The translations under genes and the position numbers were made by a program. Source: a virus. From it: a stretch of DNA of 64,000 nucleotides. Every line of letters begins with the position of its first letter. Positions within the stretch are counted from its first letter, which is position 1. Of this stretch, positions 18,204-27,702 are shown in pieces. The DNA lies in the IMG/VR virus record IMGVR_UViG_3300008450_000020, positions 1 to 64,000 of that record. One strand, 5' to 3'. A model generated the notes under the pieces. It did no database searches. It saw nothing but the letters and a program-made list of their open reading frames with translations, and had not been told where the DNA came from.

Positions 18204-20213
18204 TTAGAAAGTTACGTTGTAAATACCTTGAATTTCTTTTCCTGTAGCCCGGATAATTACTTTATCTGAGCGTGTGGAAGAGAAGCCTAAACCACTCAAT
18301 TGATCTTGAGTAGGTTCGCATTTGATCTTGCTACCCAAGATTTCAAATGTTTTACGATGTTGAGTTAATGCAGTGTTCAAGAATTCATTAAAGAATCCTC
18401 GAACAGGTTGATCATTCTTGCATTTATCAATGAAGAAGAAATGATGCAAATTGCCTTTTGCTTCTTCGCTATCCCAGTGATTAGGAGAGAACATAATCGT
18501 ATTTACTTTCGTAAATTGATTTGTAGAGATACCCCATTTATCTTGAGAGATGGATGAAGAAGTTAATCCTTTTGTTGGGATGAATTCAGTAACTACACCA
18601 TTTTTTATTTTGAATGTAGCAATTGATTGATTACCAGAAAAATCACCTTGTTTAGACAACGTATGTACTACACCGGCATTAACCAATTCAAACGAAAAGC
18701 CTTTGTTTTCATTGGAACGCTTGGAATACATATTGCTCCAGATAGAATATTCCCCATCTTTAGGGTTATCCCATGTGATATTTTCTACTGGCTCAGTAGT
18801 ACGAGAACCTGGGCCATTGGCATCAATGTCCAAGAAACCGCCATCTCTTCCACGAGAATTATGGAAGCAGATAATCTCACCTGAAGGTGTTTTTACATGT
18901 AAATCTTGGTCATCGATATTGAACCACGCCAGTGAACAACGTAAGGTAGCATTTGTTTTGCCTCCTTTAGCTTTCACACGAGTTTCAATTAATGAGTCAG
19001 TTACCCCACCTTCGTATGCCCAACCAAACTCATTTTTCCATTGGAAGAGAGGAGTGGCACCTACAGGATGTTGTGGAGCAGTCAAGGTTACAAAGTTACC
19101 TTGATGACGGTTTTCAACGTACAGCTCGATTGAAGAAGCTTTAGGTAAGATGCTCACCATAAAGTCAGCAATCTTGATATCTTTGGCTTTAGTGATATCA
19201 ACTGGTTTCTCTTTCATGTCAGCTAAAGCTAAGCCAAGCAAACCCTCTTTAAGCTGGTTTTGAACAGAGTTATCTACCCAGAGAACATTCTGAACACTGA
19301 TGTCAGAAAGATTCGCCATACGGCGCTCTAGGCTCTCTTCCAAACCTAGAGATTTGATTGTATCAACGGCTTGCTTTGCCATTGTCGGTGTGACCAATGA
19401 TGTTGGATGCTTGTAATTTACAGGATCAACTTTGACACCATAAGCACGTACAGCTACGTCCAAGTCCATACCATCAGATAGATCAACTGCTAATGTGCCG
19501 ATCACTGTATTGCGGAAGCGTGCAGAAGGTTTATTGTAGTTTTCCCAAACAAACAAATCCTTGTTAGTTGCTTTGATGAATTCTTTTTTCAAACCAATGA
19601 ATTCATCTACTGCGCGTTTGAATTCTTCACCACGATAAAGAGGTTTGTTTTCTTTATCGTTAATCATGTCCATGATGTCAACTAAGACATCCAAAGTGAT
19701 TTCTGTTAAACCACGTTTCATGACTTGAACGATTGCATTAATACTGCCTGTTTCTTCACCTACTTTTTGTGTGTAAGCATGTGCAGGAACTACACCATGA
19801 AAGTGTTTCCAAGTCTTTACAGCACCGGACTCCAACAATTGTTTTGTTGATTCATTGCCATAAGTCTTTTCGTTAGAGAAGAATACTTTTTCAATTGGTT
19901 TAGATAAGACCAATTCATGTAAAGCTTTGGCAACTACATCATAAGGATATTCCAAACCAGGAACATCCCAGATTGTGCTCACAACACCATCTTTGATAGT
20001 AACTAAGTTGCCCAAGTTACGGATGAAGTTACTGCAGCAATTACAAGAATGCTCTGTACGAGTCAAGTAGATTGGATCAGTACCTTCAGGAAATGCTTTG
20101 AGATAAGCATCAAACAATTCATTACGATCTGCTGTCACTTCATACAAAATGTTCTTTGCCATTGCAGAGTATTTAGTATGGATTGCTTTAGCAAAAGAGG
20201 AAAAATTAGACAT
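18204..20213 (-). CDS. Large conserved phage protein with YfaP/DUF2135-like domain
   Basis: HSCNCC motif; SLAWFNIDDQDLHV...LDIDAN...PVENITW. Confidence 0.75.
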   Translation of the reverse strand: MSNFSSFAKAIHTKYSAMAKNILYEVTADRNELFDAYLKAFPEGTDPIYLTRTEHSCNCCSNFIRNLGNLVTIKDGVVSTIWDVPGLEYPYDVVAKALHELVLSKPIEKVFFSNEKTYGNESTKQLLESGAVKTWKHFHGVVPAHAYTQKVGEETGSINAIVQVMKRGLTEITLDVLVDIMDMINDKENKPLYRGEEFKRAVDEFIGLKKEFIKATNKDLFVWENYNKPSARFRNTVIGTLAVDLSDGMDLDVAVRAYGVKVDPVNYKHPTSLVTPTMAKQAVDTIKSLGLEESLERRMANLSDISVQNVLWVDNSVQNQLKEGLLGLALADMKEKPVDITKAKDIKIADFMVSILPKASSIELYVENRHQGNFVTLTAPQHPVGATPLFQWKNEFGWAYEGGVTDSLIETRVKAKGGKTNATLRCSLAWFNIDDQDLHVKTPSGEIICFHNSRGRDGGFLDIDANGPGSRTTEPVENITWDNPKDGEYSIWSNMYSKRSNENKGFSFELVNAGVVHTLSKQGDFSGNQSIATFKIKNGVVTEFIPTKGLTSSSISQDKWGISTNQFTKVNTIMFSPNHWDSEEAKGNLHHFFFIDKCKNDQPVRGFFNEFLNTALTQHRKTFEILGSKIKCEPTQDQLSGLGFSSTRSDKVIIRATGKEIQGIYNVTF

Positions 20214-20442
20214 GTTTATTTCTTTCGTTATTTAATTGGTTTAGAAGAGTGTTGTGATACATCATCAGGATGGATACCAATTCATTTTTGTCTGTAATTG
20301 GTAATTTAGATTCAGCAAGAGAAATAACTTCTTCCAGTGAATCCATTGAAGGAAAGAGACTCATTTGTACCGCACGGAGTAGCGGGTCAAGTTCTTTCTT
20401 TTCTGGGGTGCTTTTGTTGTTAGACAATTGTTCTTGGGTCAT
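20206..20442 (-). CDS. Hypothetical protein
   Basis: SLFP...MYHNTLL; coupled ORF. Confidence 0.65.
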   Translation of the reverse strand: MTQEQLSNNKSTPEKKELDPLLRAVQMSLFPSMDSLEEVISLAESKLPITDKNELVSILMMYHNTLLNQLNNERNKHV

Positions 20443-20773
20443 GAATAGTTACCTTGTTATTTTTATCCAATAACAGAGGTAATTGCTGCGTATTTGCTAT
20501 TGGTTTGTTTTTGTTAGTGGAAGTAAAATCTTCAAGTATTTTTTTGAGTTGATTGTAAGTAACTTGATGTTTTACCGTGAGTTGATAAATGGCATATTGC
20601 ATACCTTGATAACGCTCTTGATGAGTCGCTACACCGGCTTCGATAAGCACACGTTGGATTGTTCTAGATGAAGTGCTATAAGCTGCTGCAAGCTGTTTCA
20701 TGTTCATCTGATGGCTTTGCCATTGATAAACAATATTCTTCTTTTGGAGAGGGGTTAAAGATTTAACAGTCAT
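20420..20773 (-). CDS. Helix-turn-helix DNA-binding protein
   Basis: MKQLAAAYSTSSRTIQRVL HTH; start taken at MTVKSL. Confidence 0.65.
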   Translation of the reverse strand: MTVKSLTPLQKKNIVYQWQSHQMNMKQLAAAYSTSSRTIQRVLIEAGVATHQERYQGMQYAIYQLTVKHQVTYNQLKKILEDFTSTNKNKPIANTQQLPLLLDKNNKVTIHDPRTIV

Positions 20774-21026
20774 CAGGATCTTCCTCCGGAGAGTGGGCGG
20801 GTTTGTTGATTGAATACAAATGAGGGAATTGAGTGGCATTGCCAAAATGTCCTCTTTTTTTATCTAAAGAAACAATTACAGGCCCCTCACTACAATTCCA
20901 CCAAACAGAATCGGTAATATTGACTACGCCATCTGCAATAAGTAACTCATCAGGATTTAATAGTAATGGGCCTATATCCTTGGTTTTGTGAATCAACTTT
21001 GCCTGTTCTGGTGTAAATATGATCAT
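20763..21026 (-). CDS. Hypothetical protein
   Basis: AAGGAC RBS, 87 aa. Confidence 0.6.
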   Translation of the reverse strand: MIIFTPEQAKLIHKTKDIGPLLLNPDELLIADGVVNITDSVWWNCSEGPVIVSLDKKRGHFGNATQFPHLYSINKPAHSPEEDPDDC

Positions 21027-21120
21027 AAAAAGTCCTTACTATATAGTCTTTATATAGTCAAAAATTGAAAATTGGAGAGGTTAGAATATCGTACTTGTCA
21101 GTTTGACAAGTATAAAAGAA

Positions 21121-21981
21121 CTACTTAGAAGTATTTACTTGTGCTGGTGGTAGTGGTAAAGGCATCCAATGGCTTACATAACATGCCGAAGGCATTGATG
21201 AAAGATCAAACTTACCGTTGATAAATCTAAACTCAGTAAATCTAGTGCCGTAAGATAAGTTACTTCTTGATTTCACAAAGACATCAACAAAACGGTCACC
21301 TTCTGGCAAACGATCTTCAACGCTAATCCAACTCTCTTGCTTCACTGGCTCAATGAATGGCGGCTCAAAACCTGCATCAATCATCAATTTCTGAACATTC
21401 ACAGGAATTGCTCGGAAGTCATGCGCACAGTTTGGGCAAATAACGTGATCGTCGTTAGGCGTCTTGCTCACTGGCTCTTGTGTTTGAGCACTCAGTTTTC
21501 CCATGCGGCTCAACCACTCATTATGCCTAGCAGTGTCTGAATCAGTTTGGGTATCTTGCTCTTGTGCTGGCGATGGGCAATCAGGCTTTGGCGCACCAAA
21601 ATCATGCAGATCCCATGCTTGACCGCAATCTGAGCAAGTATCTTTGCTTTTTTGTTTCACTGGTCGTTGAGCCTTGAAAACAGGATTCGGAATATCGCCA
21701 ACTGCATGAGTTCCGCAATTCTTTGCTCCACACCCTTGGCACTGTGTTTCGTGTTCGCAAGTGCATATCACGCAACCGCATGGCTGATATTTAGCCATTT
21801 CGTTACCGTAACCAATATGGTTTGCTGATAGTGCAGCACCTTCTTTAAACCAAGAAAATGCTGTGCTAGTATCGTCATTAACATAACTTCCATCTTGGTG
21901 TGTAGAAAAATCATGACCAGTTATGCCGCGATCAAGATTTGAATATCGCGCTTCAAACAATTCTCTTATCTGTTCTTCCAT
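21121..21981 (-). CDS. Mosaic protein with Cys-rich modules and C-terminal DUF551 (Eaa-like) domain
   Basis: WISVEDRLPE...VSHWMPLP and several CxxC clusters. Confidence 0.75.
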   Translation of the reverse strand: MEEQIRELFEARYSNLDRGITGHDFSTHQDGSYVNDDTSTAFSWFKEGAALSANHIGYGNEMAKYQPCGCVICTCEHETQCQGCGAKNCGTHAVGDIPNPVFKAQRPVKQKSKDTCSDCGQAWDLHDFGAPKPDCPSPAQEQDTQTDSDTARHNEWLSRMGKLSAQTQEPVSKTPNDDHVICPNCAHDFRAIPVNVQKLMIDAGFEPPFIEPVKQESWISVEDRLPEGDRFVDVFVKSRSNLSYGTRFTEFRFINGKFDLSSMPSACYVSHWMPLPLPPAQVNTSK

Positions 21982-21983
21982 GA

Positions 21984-22265
21984 TTATTCTCCAAAATATT
22001 GCCAAGCTATTGCATTACATTTTGCATGTACTGCACCTATGGTCATGCTTGTCTTGTGATTGTGATGTAAGTGAATTGGGTTGTTGAAGAAGCCAATTGG
22101 GAAGAGTGCCTTATTAATTGTAAAGTCAAAGTGTCTTGCCGGCCCGGATAACGGATGTCCACATTCAGAACACTTGCCTTCTTGTTCTTCAACGTATTGC
22201 TCACGTACAGCTTTACGCTGCTTAGTTGTGAGCTTGGTGTAATCAATTGGTAGAGTGAATTCCAT
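21984..22265 (-). CDS. HNH/endonuclease VII-like zinc-finger protein (N4 gp22-like)
   Basis: QEGKCSECG...IHLHHNHKTSMTIGAVHAKCN. Confidence 0.75.
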   Translation of the reverse strand: MEFTLPIDYTKLTTKQRKAVREQYVEEQEGKCSECGHPLSGPARHFDFTINKALFPIGFFNNPIHLHHNHKTSMTIGAVHAKCNAIAWQYFGE

Positions 22266-22473
22266 ATTTAACTTTCAGTTTAATCTTTGGTTTAGGATTT
22301 ACCCAAACACGGGTAGTTGAATGAATAGTTAAGCAGTGATTGTCATATAAGCGTTTGCAAATTATTGTGATTCGATTTTGTACAACAGAATTTCTGATGA
22401 CTTTATATCGTTCACCATAACGCAAAACAGTCACGTAACTCCCTACAGGTACTTTACCTAATCTAGTGAGCAT
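22243..22473 (-). CDS. Hypothetical protein
   Basis: Coupled ORF. Confidence 0.55.
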   Translation of the reverse strand: MLTRLGKVPVGSYVTVLRYGERYKVIRNSVVQNRITIICKRLYDNHCLTIHSTTRVWVNPKPKIKLKVKYGIHSTN

Positions 22474-22475
22474 GA

Positions 22476-22826
22476 TTAACCTTTGGGAAGGGTATCTTCA
22501 AAAGACTCATGTTGTTCTCCTATTGTTCTGATTTGATTACTGTTACTACAGTTCATCATATGTAAACGTAAGCCAATGTTGTTACCTCGTCCTAGTTGAT
22601 GATCTAACCAACCAATACAGTGAGCATCGTCAGTTTCATGACAAGCCATAGCAGATAATGGTTTATTTAGATCAGGTAAAGATCCTGACTCAGCAATTGT
22701 GCTACTGAGATTAGCGTGTTTGGTTTCACAGTAACCGTTAGGAATGTCATGAGGATTTACCCCCACTTTCCAAGGACATTTTTTACACTGCACTGTGCGT
22801 TTGAGATTCCATGATTTAGTCGACAT
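22476..22826 (-). CDS. Cys/His-rich protein (DUF6283-like)
   Basis: CKKCPW...MACHE...HCIGWL. Confidence 0.7.
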   Translation of the reverse strand: MSTKSWNLKRTVQCKKCPWKVGVNPHDIPNGYCETKHANLSSTIAESGSLPDLNKPLSAMACHETDDAHCIGWLDHQLGRGNNIGLRLHMMNCSNSNQIRTIGEQHESFEDTLPKG

Positions 22827-22947
22827 ATAGATACATAGCTCCTGCAAAGATTACCCATCCTGAGTATTCGACTTTAAAGTAAACACCAATTAAACCAGTG
22901 ATTACTAAAACTGTTGCACAGATAGGTTTGATGATTTCTTTTCTCAT
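22816..22947 (-). CDS. Small membrane protein (43 aa)
   Basis: MRKEIIKPICATVLVITGLIGVYFKVEYSGWVIFAGAMYLYVD; fills the gap and overlaps neighbours. Confidence 0.5.
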   Translation of the reverse strand: MRKEIIKPICATVLVITGLIGVYFKVEYSGWVIFAGAMYLYVD

Positions 22948-23144
22948 TTCATACTCACTAAAAAAGGTGAATTGTGATAAGCCCAGTTGAGAATTCCATA
23001 AGCTGCAATAAGCAGGATAAAGACAGTGAGTAAATCCCCTTTCTTATTTCCTCCTAATACTGAGTTAACAAACAGCACGATTAAACCAATGAGAAAAAAG
23101 AATAGTCCTATGCAAACTAAAACTAAGAAGTCAATGATTGCCAT
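22944..23144 (-). CDS. Small membrane protein (2 TM)
   Basis: Two hydrophobic helices. Confidence 0.6.
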   Translation of the reverse strand: MAIIDFLVLVCIGLFFFLIGLIVLFVNSVLGGNKKGDLLTVFILLIAAYGILNWAYHNSPFLVSMK

Positions 23145-23146
23145 GA

Positions 23147-23629
23147 TTAATCCTTATGATCCATGAGTTTTACGTCGTTATTTCCATCTTTCCAGCCTTG
23201 CTCATAAGACTGTCTTTGGAGATAAGCTACTGCAGAGCGTTCACTGAAGTAAGGTGAATTTGGGTTAGGTACTTCTAAACCAGCACTGATTGCCATATTA
23301 TTGATACGATGCATCTCAGCTACGTATTCTTGGTTTATAGAAGCAGCTTGCTCAAGTTCTTTAACCCTTGCTTCTTCCAGGGTTAACAATCGATGCCATG
23401 TTGAATTGGATTCTTGTAATATCCTTTCAGCATCAAGAAGTTTTTGATCATAAGCTTTTACTAAGTCAGCTATCCGATTTACCTGTGATTGCGCGGTAGG
23501 CATCTCTCTCCACATTGCCAGAAATACTTTTCTCCATGTGTCCGGTGTACCTCTACGATATAGATCTTCAACAGCTTCTGCTGCTGCAATCATTTTATCT
23601 GTAACGATAGGCTCTTGATGGTTATTCAT
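23147..23629 (-). CDS. Hypothetical protein
   Basis: VTDKMIAAA...VFLAM motif typical of phage accessory proteins; start at MNNHQ. Confidence 0.6.
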   Translation of the reverse strand: MNNHQEPIVTDKMIAAAEAVEDLYRRGTPDTWRKVFLAMWREMPTAQSQVNRIADLVKAYDQKLLDAERILQESNSTWHRLLTLEEARVKELEQAASINQEYVAEMHRINNMAISAGLEVPNPNSPYFSERSAVAYLQRQSYEQGWKDGNNDVKLMDHKD

Positions 23630-23840
23630 CTTTTTCCTCATAAAGTTTACGAGTCCATTCAATGGAAAATCCTGCGTAGTCATAACAACGCAAAGTAAAT
23701 TCAGGACTCAGAGTAGTAACTTTCTTGTTACGTATCCGAGATAAAACTGCCGGGTTTAGACAGGGCTTATTACAGAGATCTGAATCATTTCTCGGTTTCA
23801 GTTCTCGGTATAAAGCATTTAAAAGTGTGCGCATTGTCAT
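23622..23840 (-). CDS. Small HTH-like DNA-binding protein
   Basis: LLNAL...KPRNDSDL...PAVLSRIRN...LRCYDYAGFSI pattern. Confidence 0.6.
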   Translation of the reverse strand: MTMRTLLNALYRELKPRNDSDLCNKPCLNPAVLSRIRNKKVTTLSPEFTLRCYDYAGFSIEWTRKLYEEKDE

Positions 23841-23881
23841 GATTAGGGTCTTTATTTTTTACATCTAATTATCTTAGAAAG

Positions 23882-23915
23882 AAAAAATAAAGCCTCTAAT
23901 TAAAGAGGCTTTATT
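23882..23915 (-). terminator. Rho-independent terminator
   Basis: AATAAAGCCTCT-aattaa-AGAGGCTTTATT with an A run. Confidence 0.75.
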
Positions 23916-23941
23916 GTGTTTTATAAAGTCAAGTGACTTTA

Positions 23942-24457
23942 TTATTTTGCGTTGTTACGCGCATTGAATGCATCTACCAAATGTAACAAAGTAGAAATAG
24001 AATGCATTGCTGTTGTTTCTTCTGTGGTAGCTTCATTAGCATCACGCATAAATACTTCACCACCGATTTGGTGGATTTCAATCAGATTTTTGCAATCTAC
24101 CGGTGTGAGGTTGTTGAGTGCTGGATGTATATCTGTCGCTCTTGCAGGCAAGAATTTTTCCAAACTATCTAAAGTAGATGTGAGTTCTGCTTTATGTTCT
24201 TGGCATTCACCACAACAATCTTTTTCTTGCGCTTCATCTGGAATGGTTTCGCCAGATTCAAATTGTTTTATCGCAGCAGCAATTGCAGCTTCAATGCCAC
24301 CGGCTTTTTGTACATCTTCATCTGAAAGTATGATGGATTGCACTTTAGCGCCAGAATTGTTAATTTGAGATTTAAGGAATTTTTTGAAAAGAGCTTCAGT
24401 TAAAGCTGCTTTAGCTAATTCTTCTTTAGTTGGCTCTGTATTTTTTGAGTTTGACAT
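23942..24457 (-). CDS. Hypothetical protein
   Basis: AGGAA RBS, flanked by terminators, CCGEC motif. Confidence 0.7.
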   Translation of the reverse strand: MSNSKNTEPTKEELAKAALTEALFKKFLKSQINNSGAKVQSIILSDEDVQKAGGIEAAIAAAIKQFESGETIPDEAQEKDCCGECQEHKAELTSTLDSLEKFLPARATDIHPALNNLTPVDCKNLIEIHQIGGEVFMRDANEATTEETTAMHSISTLLHLVDAFNARNNAK

Positions 24458-24484
24458 ACAATTTCCTATAGGATTGTGAGGAAT

Positions 24485-24520
24485 AAAAAAAAATGAGACA
24501 CCTCAATTAAGAGATGTCTC
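24485..24520 (-). terminator. Rho-independent terminator after RNAP2
   Basis: GAGACA(C)CTC...GAG(A)TGTCTC stem plus A9. Confidence 0.7.
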
Positions 24521-24571
24521 GGCACTACTACTTCAAAATAGGGGCAGGATGCCCCATGAAAGTTAATTGAA

Positions 24572-25822
24572 TTATGTTAAAGCATAATTAGACTTAAGAA
24601 TCAAACTAGATAAGTTGTTTGATTTCTTGGTGTAAGTTCCTTTGACACCATGAATCTGACTGAGGATATCTGAGAGTATTTCACTATCAGCTAATTCAGC
24701 AAAGATTTCAATGTAATGCTTACGTAACTGTTCCATATATTTAGGAGAACATTTATATTCATCATGAATAGTAATAATCTCAAATGGAGCATGTTCATTC
24801 ATACTCATACAGATCTCACGTAACTTAATCAACAATGAAGTAGGAATTGCTTTTGCATCTTCATAAGTCAAATAAGGAATCATTGTGATGTCTGTCATCT
24901 TGCTGCGTTCATACTGCTCCAAGTAGTAAGCCAACTTAGGAGAAGGTGTGCGGCCATGATAGCTAGTTGCGTATGTATTGCGATAATTAATCTCTGCATT
25001 AAGGATACTCAGTGCATTAATTAATTCATTTGGTTTGTAGTTACAACGACGGTGCATTGAACGTAAGATGTAAGCATCAATAGAGTGAATCACATTAGCT
25101 GCATTACTTAAACCAGATTTAGTACCTTCATTCTCATAATAATAATAAGTGAAAGTAGCATGATCCAATTCATCAACTTCAATACGAGCTTCCTTTTTCT
25201 GCATTACTTTTACACGCGCATAGAAGCCATCAGGAAGTGTCCATGCATGTACTTTAGCATTTGCTTGCCATGAACTCAAAAGCTCTTGGAGAAGCTCCCA
25301 TGCACCCGGAGCTACAATATTTGCAGCTTGATAGAATGCATTCAATTCAGGGGTATCTTCACCGAAGACTTCTTTAGGTACAAGATTTGAACCATAGAAT
25401 GAAGTCATCATAGCGCGCTTAGCATTATCTCTTGAAATATCAACTGATAAGCCTTGTTGAATAAGGATATTATTCATGGCTTGGGTTAATGAGGAATACG
25501 CATCTGCACGTACATCAGGATCAACTAAACCAGTTGCAGTAGCGCCGGCTATACAGCCTGTTATGGCACTCATGATTTGGATACCTGAGCATACTGAGTC
25601 TAGTCCTACAAGGTGCCCTGTAGGTTTTCCTGATTGAACCTGACGGATAGCTAAAACAGCTTTTTTGTACAGAGGTACTGTTTCTGCTTGAGCCGATAAA
25701 GCTTCAAGATTTTTGATGTTATCTGTAGCCCATTGAATACGTTCTTCAAATGTGACTTTATCTAAACCAAAGTGATTGGCTAAGTCGATGAGCATGTATT
25801 GAAATGGTGTATAAGATTTCAT
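24572..25822 (-). CDS. RNA polymerase II large subunit (N4 gp16/RNAP2-like)
   Basis: FGLDK.TFEERIQW, motif A GLDSVCSGIQ, motif B RDNAKRAMMTSFYG, ANVIHSIDA, motif C IHDEY. Confidence 0.95.
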   Translation of the reverse strand: MKSYTPFQYMLIDLANHFGLDKVTFEERIQWATDNIKNLEALSAQAETVPLYKKAVLAIRQVQSGKPTGHLVGLDSVCSGIQIMSAITGCIAGATATGLVDPDVRADAYSSLTQAMNNILIQQGLSVDISRDNAKRAMMTSFYGSNLVPKEVFGEDTPELNAFYQAANIVAPGAWELLQELLSSWQANAKVHAWTLPDGFYARVKVMQKKEARIEVDELDHATFTYYYYENEGTKSGLSNAANVIHSIDAYILRSMHRRCNYKPNELINALSILNAEINYRNTYATSYHGRTPSPKLAYYLEQYERSKMTDITMIPYLTYEDAKAIPTSLLIKLREICMSMNEHAPFEIITIHDEYKCSPKYMEQLRKHYIEIFAELADSEILSDILSQIHGVKGTYTKKSNNLSSLILKSNYALT

Positions 25823-25872
25823 GGAAATGTTCCTATTAGATTGAGGGTAACTAAAAGAGATTTATTTAATGA

Positions 25873-26133
25873 TTAATTGCCTATTAAGGCAATGAGTGCT
25901 TGAACTTGTGAAGGTAATTGTTCTAGTTGAGCAGTTTCCCAATTTGAACCCCCATTAGACATAGGGACGTACACATAGTAAATATGTTGTTCTCCGTCTC
26001 TATCTAAATATTGCCAGATAGAACCGTGTTCACGTTCATTAATATCTTCATGTACATCGTAATAAAGTATTTTTAATGTATCCGGAAATATCAATCTACC
26101 TAATAAATTTGGTTTTCTATGAAGGGTTGGCAT
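25873..26133 (-). CDS. Array member 11, small protein with shared C-terminal motif
   Basis: Ends WETAQLEQLPSQVQALIALIGN. Confidence 0.75.
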   Translation of the reverse strand: MPTLHRKPNLLGRLIFPDTLKILYYDVHEDINEREHGSIWQYLDRDGEQHIYYVYVPMSNGGSNWETAQLEQLPSQVQALIALIGN

Positions 26134-26141
26134 GTACTTTC

Positions 26142-26399
26142 CTATTCTATTAGAGAAATTAAAGCTTTAATCTCAGGAGGAATATCTGTATAAGAGATGT
26201 CTCTCCATGACTCGATTATCTCTACAGAATGACAAATAAGGTGCAAACTATCCCCATATTGATGTCCTCTGATGTAAGTCCAAATATCCCCTATCTGTTT
26301 ATCATGAATGTTTTCCCCGCTATCAAAGAATAAAACTTCTTTGGTTGAGGGTCTTACAGTGAATCCTACTGTTTTAGGAGTTGGGTTTGTTGTAGGCAT
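26142..26399 (-). CDS. Array member 10
   Basis: Ends WRDISYTDIPPEIKALISLIE; paralog of 25873-26133. Confidence 0.75.
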   Translation of the reverse strand: MPTTNPTPKTVGFTVRPSTKEVLFFDSGENIHDKQIGDIWTYIRGHQYGDSLHLICHSVEIIESWRDISYTDIPPEIKALISLIE

Positions 26400-26408
26400 A
26401 AAGTTCCT

Positions 26409-26681
26409 TTATTTAATTAAGGTAAATGCAGCAAGTACATGAGAAGGAACTTCTGACTTATTGCGCAATAACCATCGAAAAGTTTTTGCAGAATTATTTG
26501 GAGTATGGAAATGATTCAATACTGCTTTATAAAAATACTCTTCTGTATTGGTGTGAACTCCGCATAACCATTCATGTTCTGATGAAGGAGATCTTGTATA
26601 AAAATATTCATTTTTATCCTTATGATCTACAACACATGCATTGGTTACAGAATCTACGATAATTATTTTTTCAAGGGTCAT
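26409..26681 (-). CDS. Array member 9
   Basis: Ends WLLRNKSEVPSHVLAAFTLIK. Confidence 0.75.
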   Translation of the reverse strand: MTLEKIIIVDSVTNACVVDHKDKNEYFYTRSPSSEHEWLCGVHTNTEEYFYKAVLNHFHTPNNSAKTFRWLLRNKSEVPSHVLAAFTLIK

Positions 26682-26683
26682 AG

Positions 26684-27064
26684 TTATTCCTGTTGTATAT
26701 CTAATTTAATGCCTAGTAAATTCAATAAAGATATATGTATATCAGGGATGTCTTTTGTTTCACGAATATACGTGTACATACGTCCAAAGGCATTAGCAAT
26801 AGCATTAGTTTTGATAGCGAATCCTGAAGGAGAAATAAATAAAGTATCAGGAGGGTATAAAATAGATACGTCAATACACTCATTAGGATTCATCACCGCG
26901 TTATACATGTGAACACCGTGCCCAATCATAGGTAATTGATCGGGTTCTATCACAATGATGAATTTAGTGTCTCCCCCAATTGGATTATCAAGACTTGGGA
27001 TAACATCTAAAATAATTAAGTTTTCCTTGAATTCTTCAAGAAATTTGACAGGTGTTTCTAACAT
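26684..27064 (-). CDS. Array member 8
   Basis: Start MLETPVKF after AAGGAA; ends KDIPDIHISLLNLLGIKLDIQQE. Confidence 0.75.
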   Translation of the reverse strand: MLETPVKFLEEFKENLIILDVIPSLDNPIGGDTKFIIVIEPDQLPMIGHGVHMYNAVMNPNECIDVSILYPPDTLFISPSGFAIKTNAIANAFGRMYTYIRETKDIPDIHISLLNLLGIKLDIQQE

Positions 27065-27074
27065 AATTTTCCTT

Positions 27075-27356
27075 TTATAAATCAAGAAGTTTAATGATAT
27101 TTTTGATGTTGTCTGGAACATGTAATGCTTGTACGTGTGACCATCTGTAAATGTAAGTAACCTCTGCATTCTTACCTAAAGAAGATATTCGTTTACTTGG
27201 GTAATAAGCTCTGCACCCTACATCAACATCAAACAACCATTGATCTTTATTGGTTGCTCTTGGTGTTCTAGATTCATTGATTAATGTAACTGCCATATTC
27301 TCATCGATGATTACAAATCGAGTGTCTTTATTATTCAAGATCAAGCTCCAATCCAA
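27075..27356 (-). CDS. Array member 7 (start may be TTG at 27338)
   Basis: Ends WSHVQALHVPDNIKNIIKLLDL. Confidence 0.7.
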   Translation of the reverse strand: MDWSLILNNKDTRFVIIDENMAVTLINESRTPRATNKDQWLFDVDVGCRAYYPSKRISSLGKNAEVTYIYRWSHVQALHVPDNIKNIIKLLDL

Positions 27357-27702
27357 GTAAGGAAATCATTGCTCTGTTTTCTGCAGAAACATATTCAAAA
27401 TAATCTGCTTGAGTCCAGATCTCTGTCCAATGTTCTTCTGTTTCTTTATACACACGCATAACAAAACCATATCCATTAATGAATACAGTGTCTTCTGGAA
27501 ATAAGATAGAGATATCAATATACTTATTTTGACTGGGGTTAAATAAAGCGTCATACATCGATTCAGAATTACTGAATCTAACTGGTTCATTTGGCTCAAA
27601 TACCATAAAGAAAAATTCACCTATTTCAGAACACTTAAGAAGTAAGTCTTCTTTAAAGTATTCAAGCGTTCTATAAATTTTACGGTCAGTCATTTTCATC
27701 AC
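27331..27702 (-). CDS. Array member 6
   Basis: Ends WTQADYFEYVSAENRAMISLLGLELDLE; paralog of members 5 and 8. Confidence 0.75.
   Translation of the reverse strand: MMKMTDRKIYRTLEYFKEDLLLKCSEIGEFFFMVFEPNEPVRFSNSESMYDALFNPSQNKYIDISILFPEDTVFINGYGFVMRVYKETEEHWTEIWTQADYFEYVSAENRAMISLLGLELDLE

Noticed and set aside
27065-27169. Upstream extension of array member 8 in the ORF track
   Set aside because: Overlaps member 7; RBS and paralog alignment support a start at 27064.
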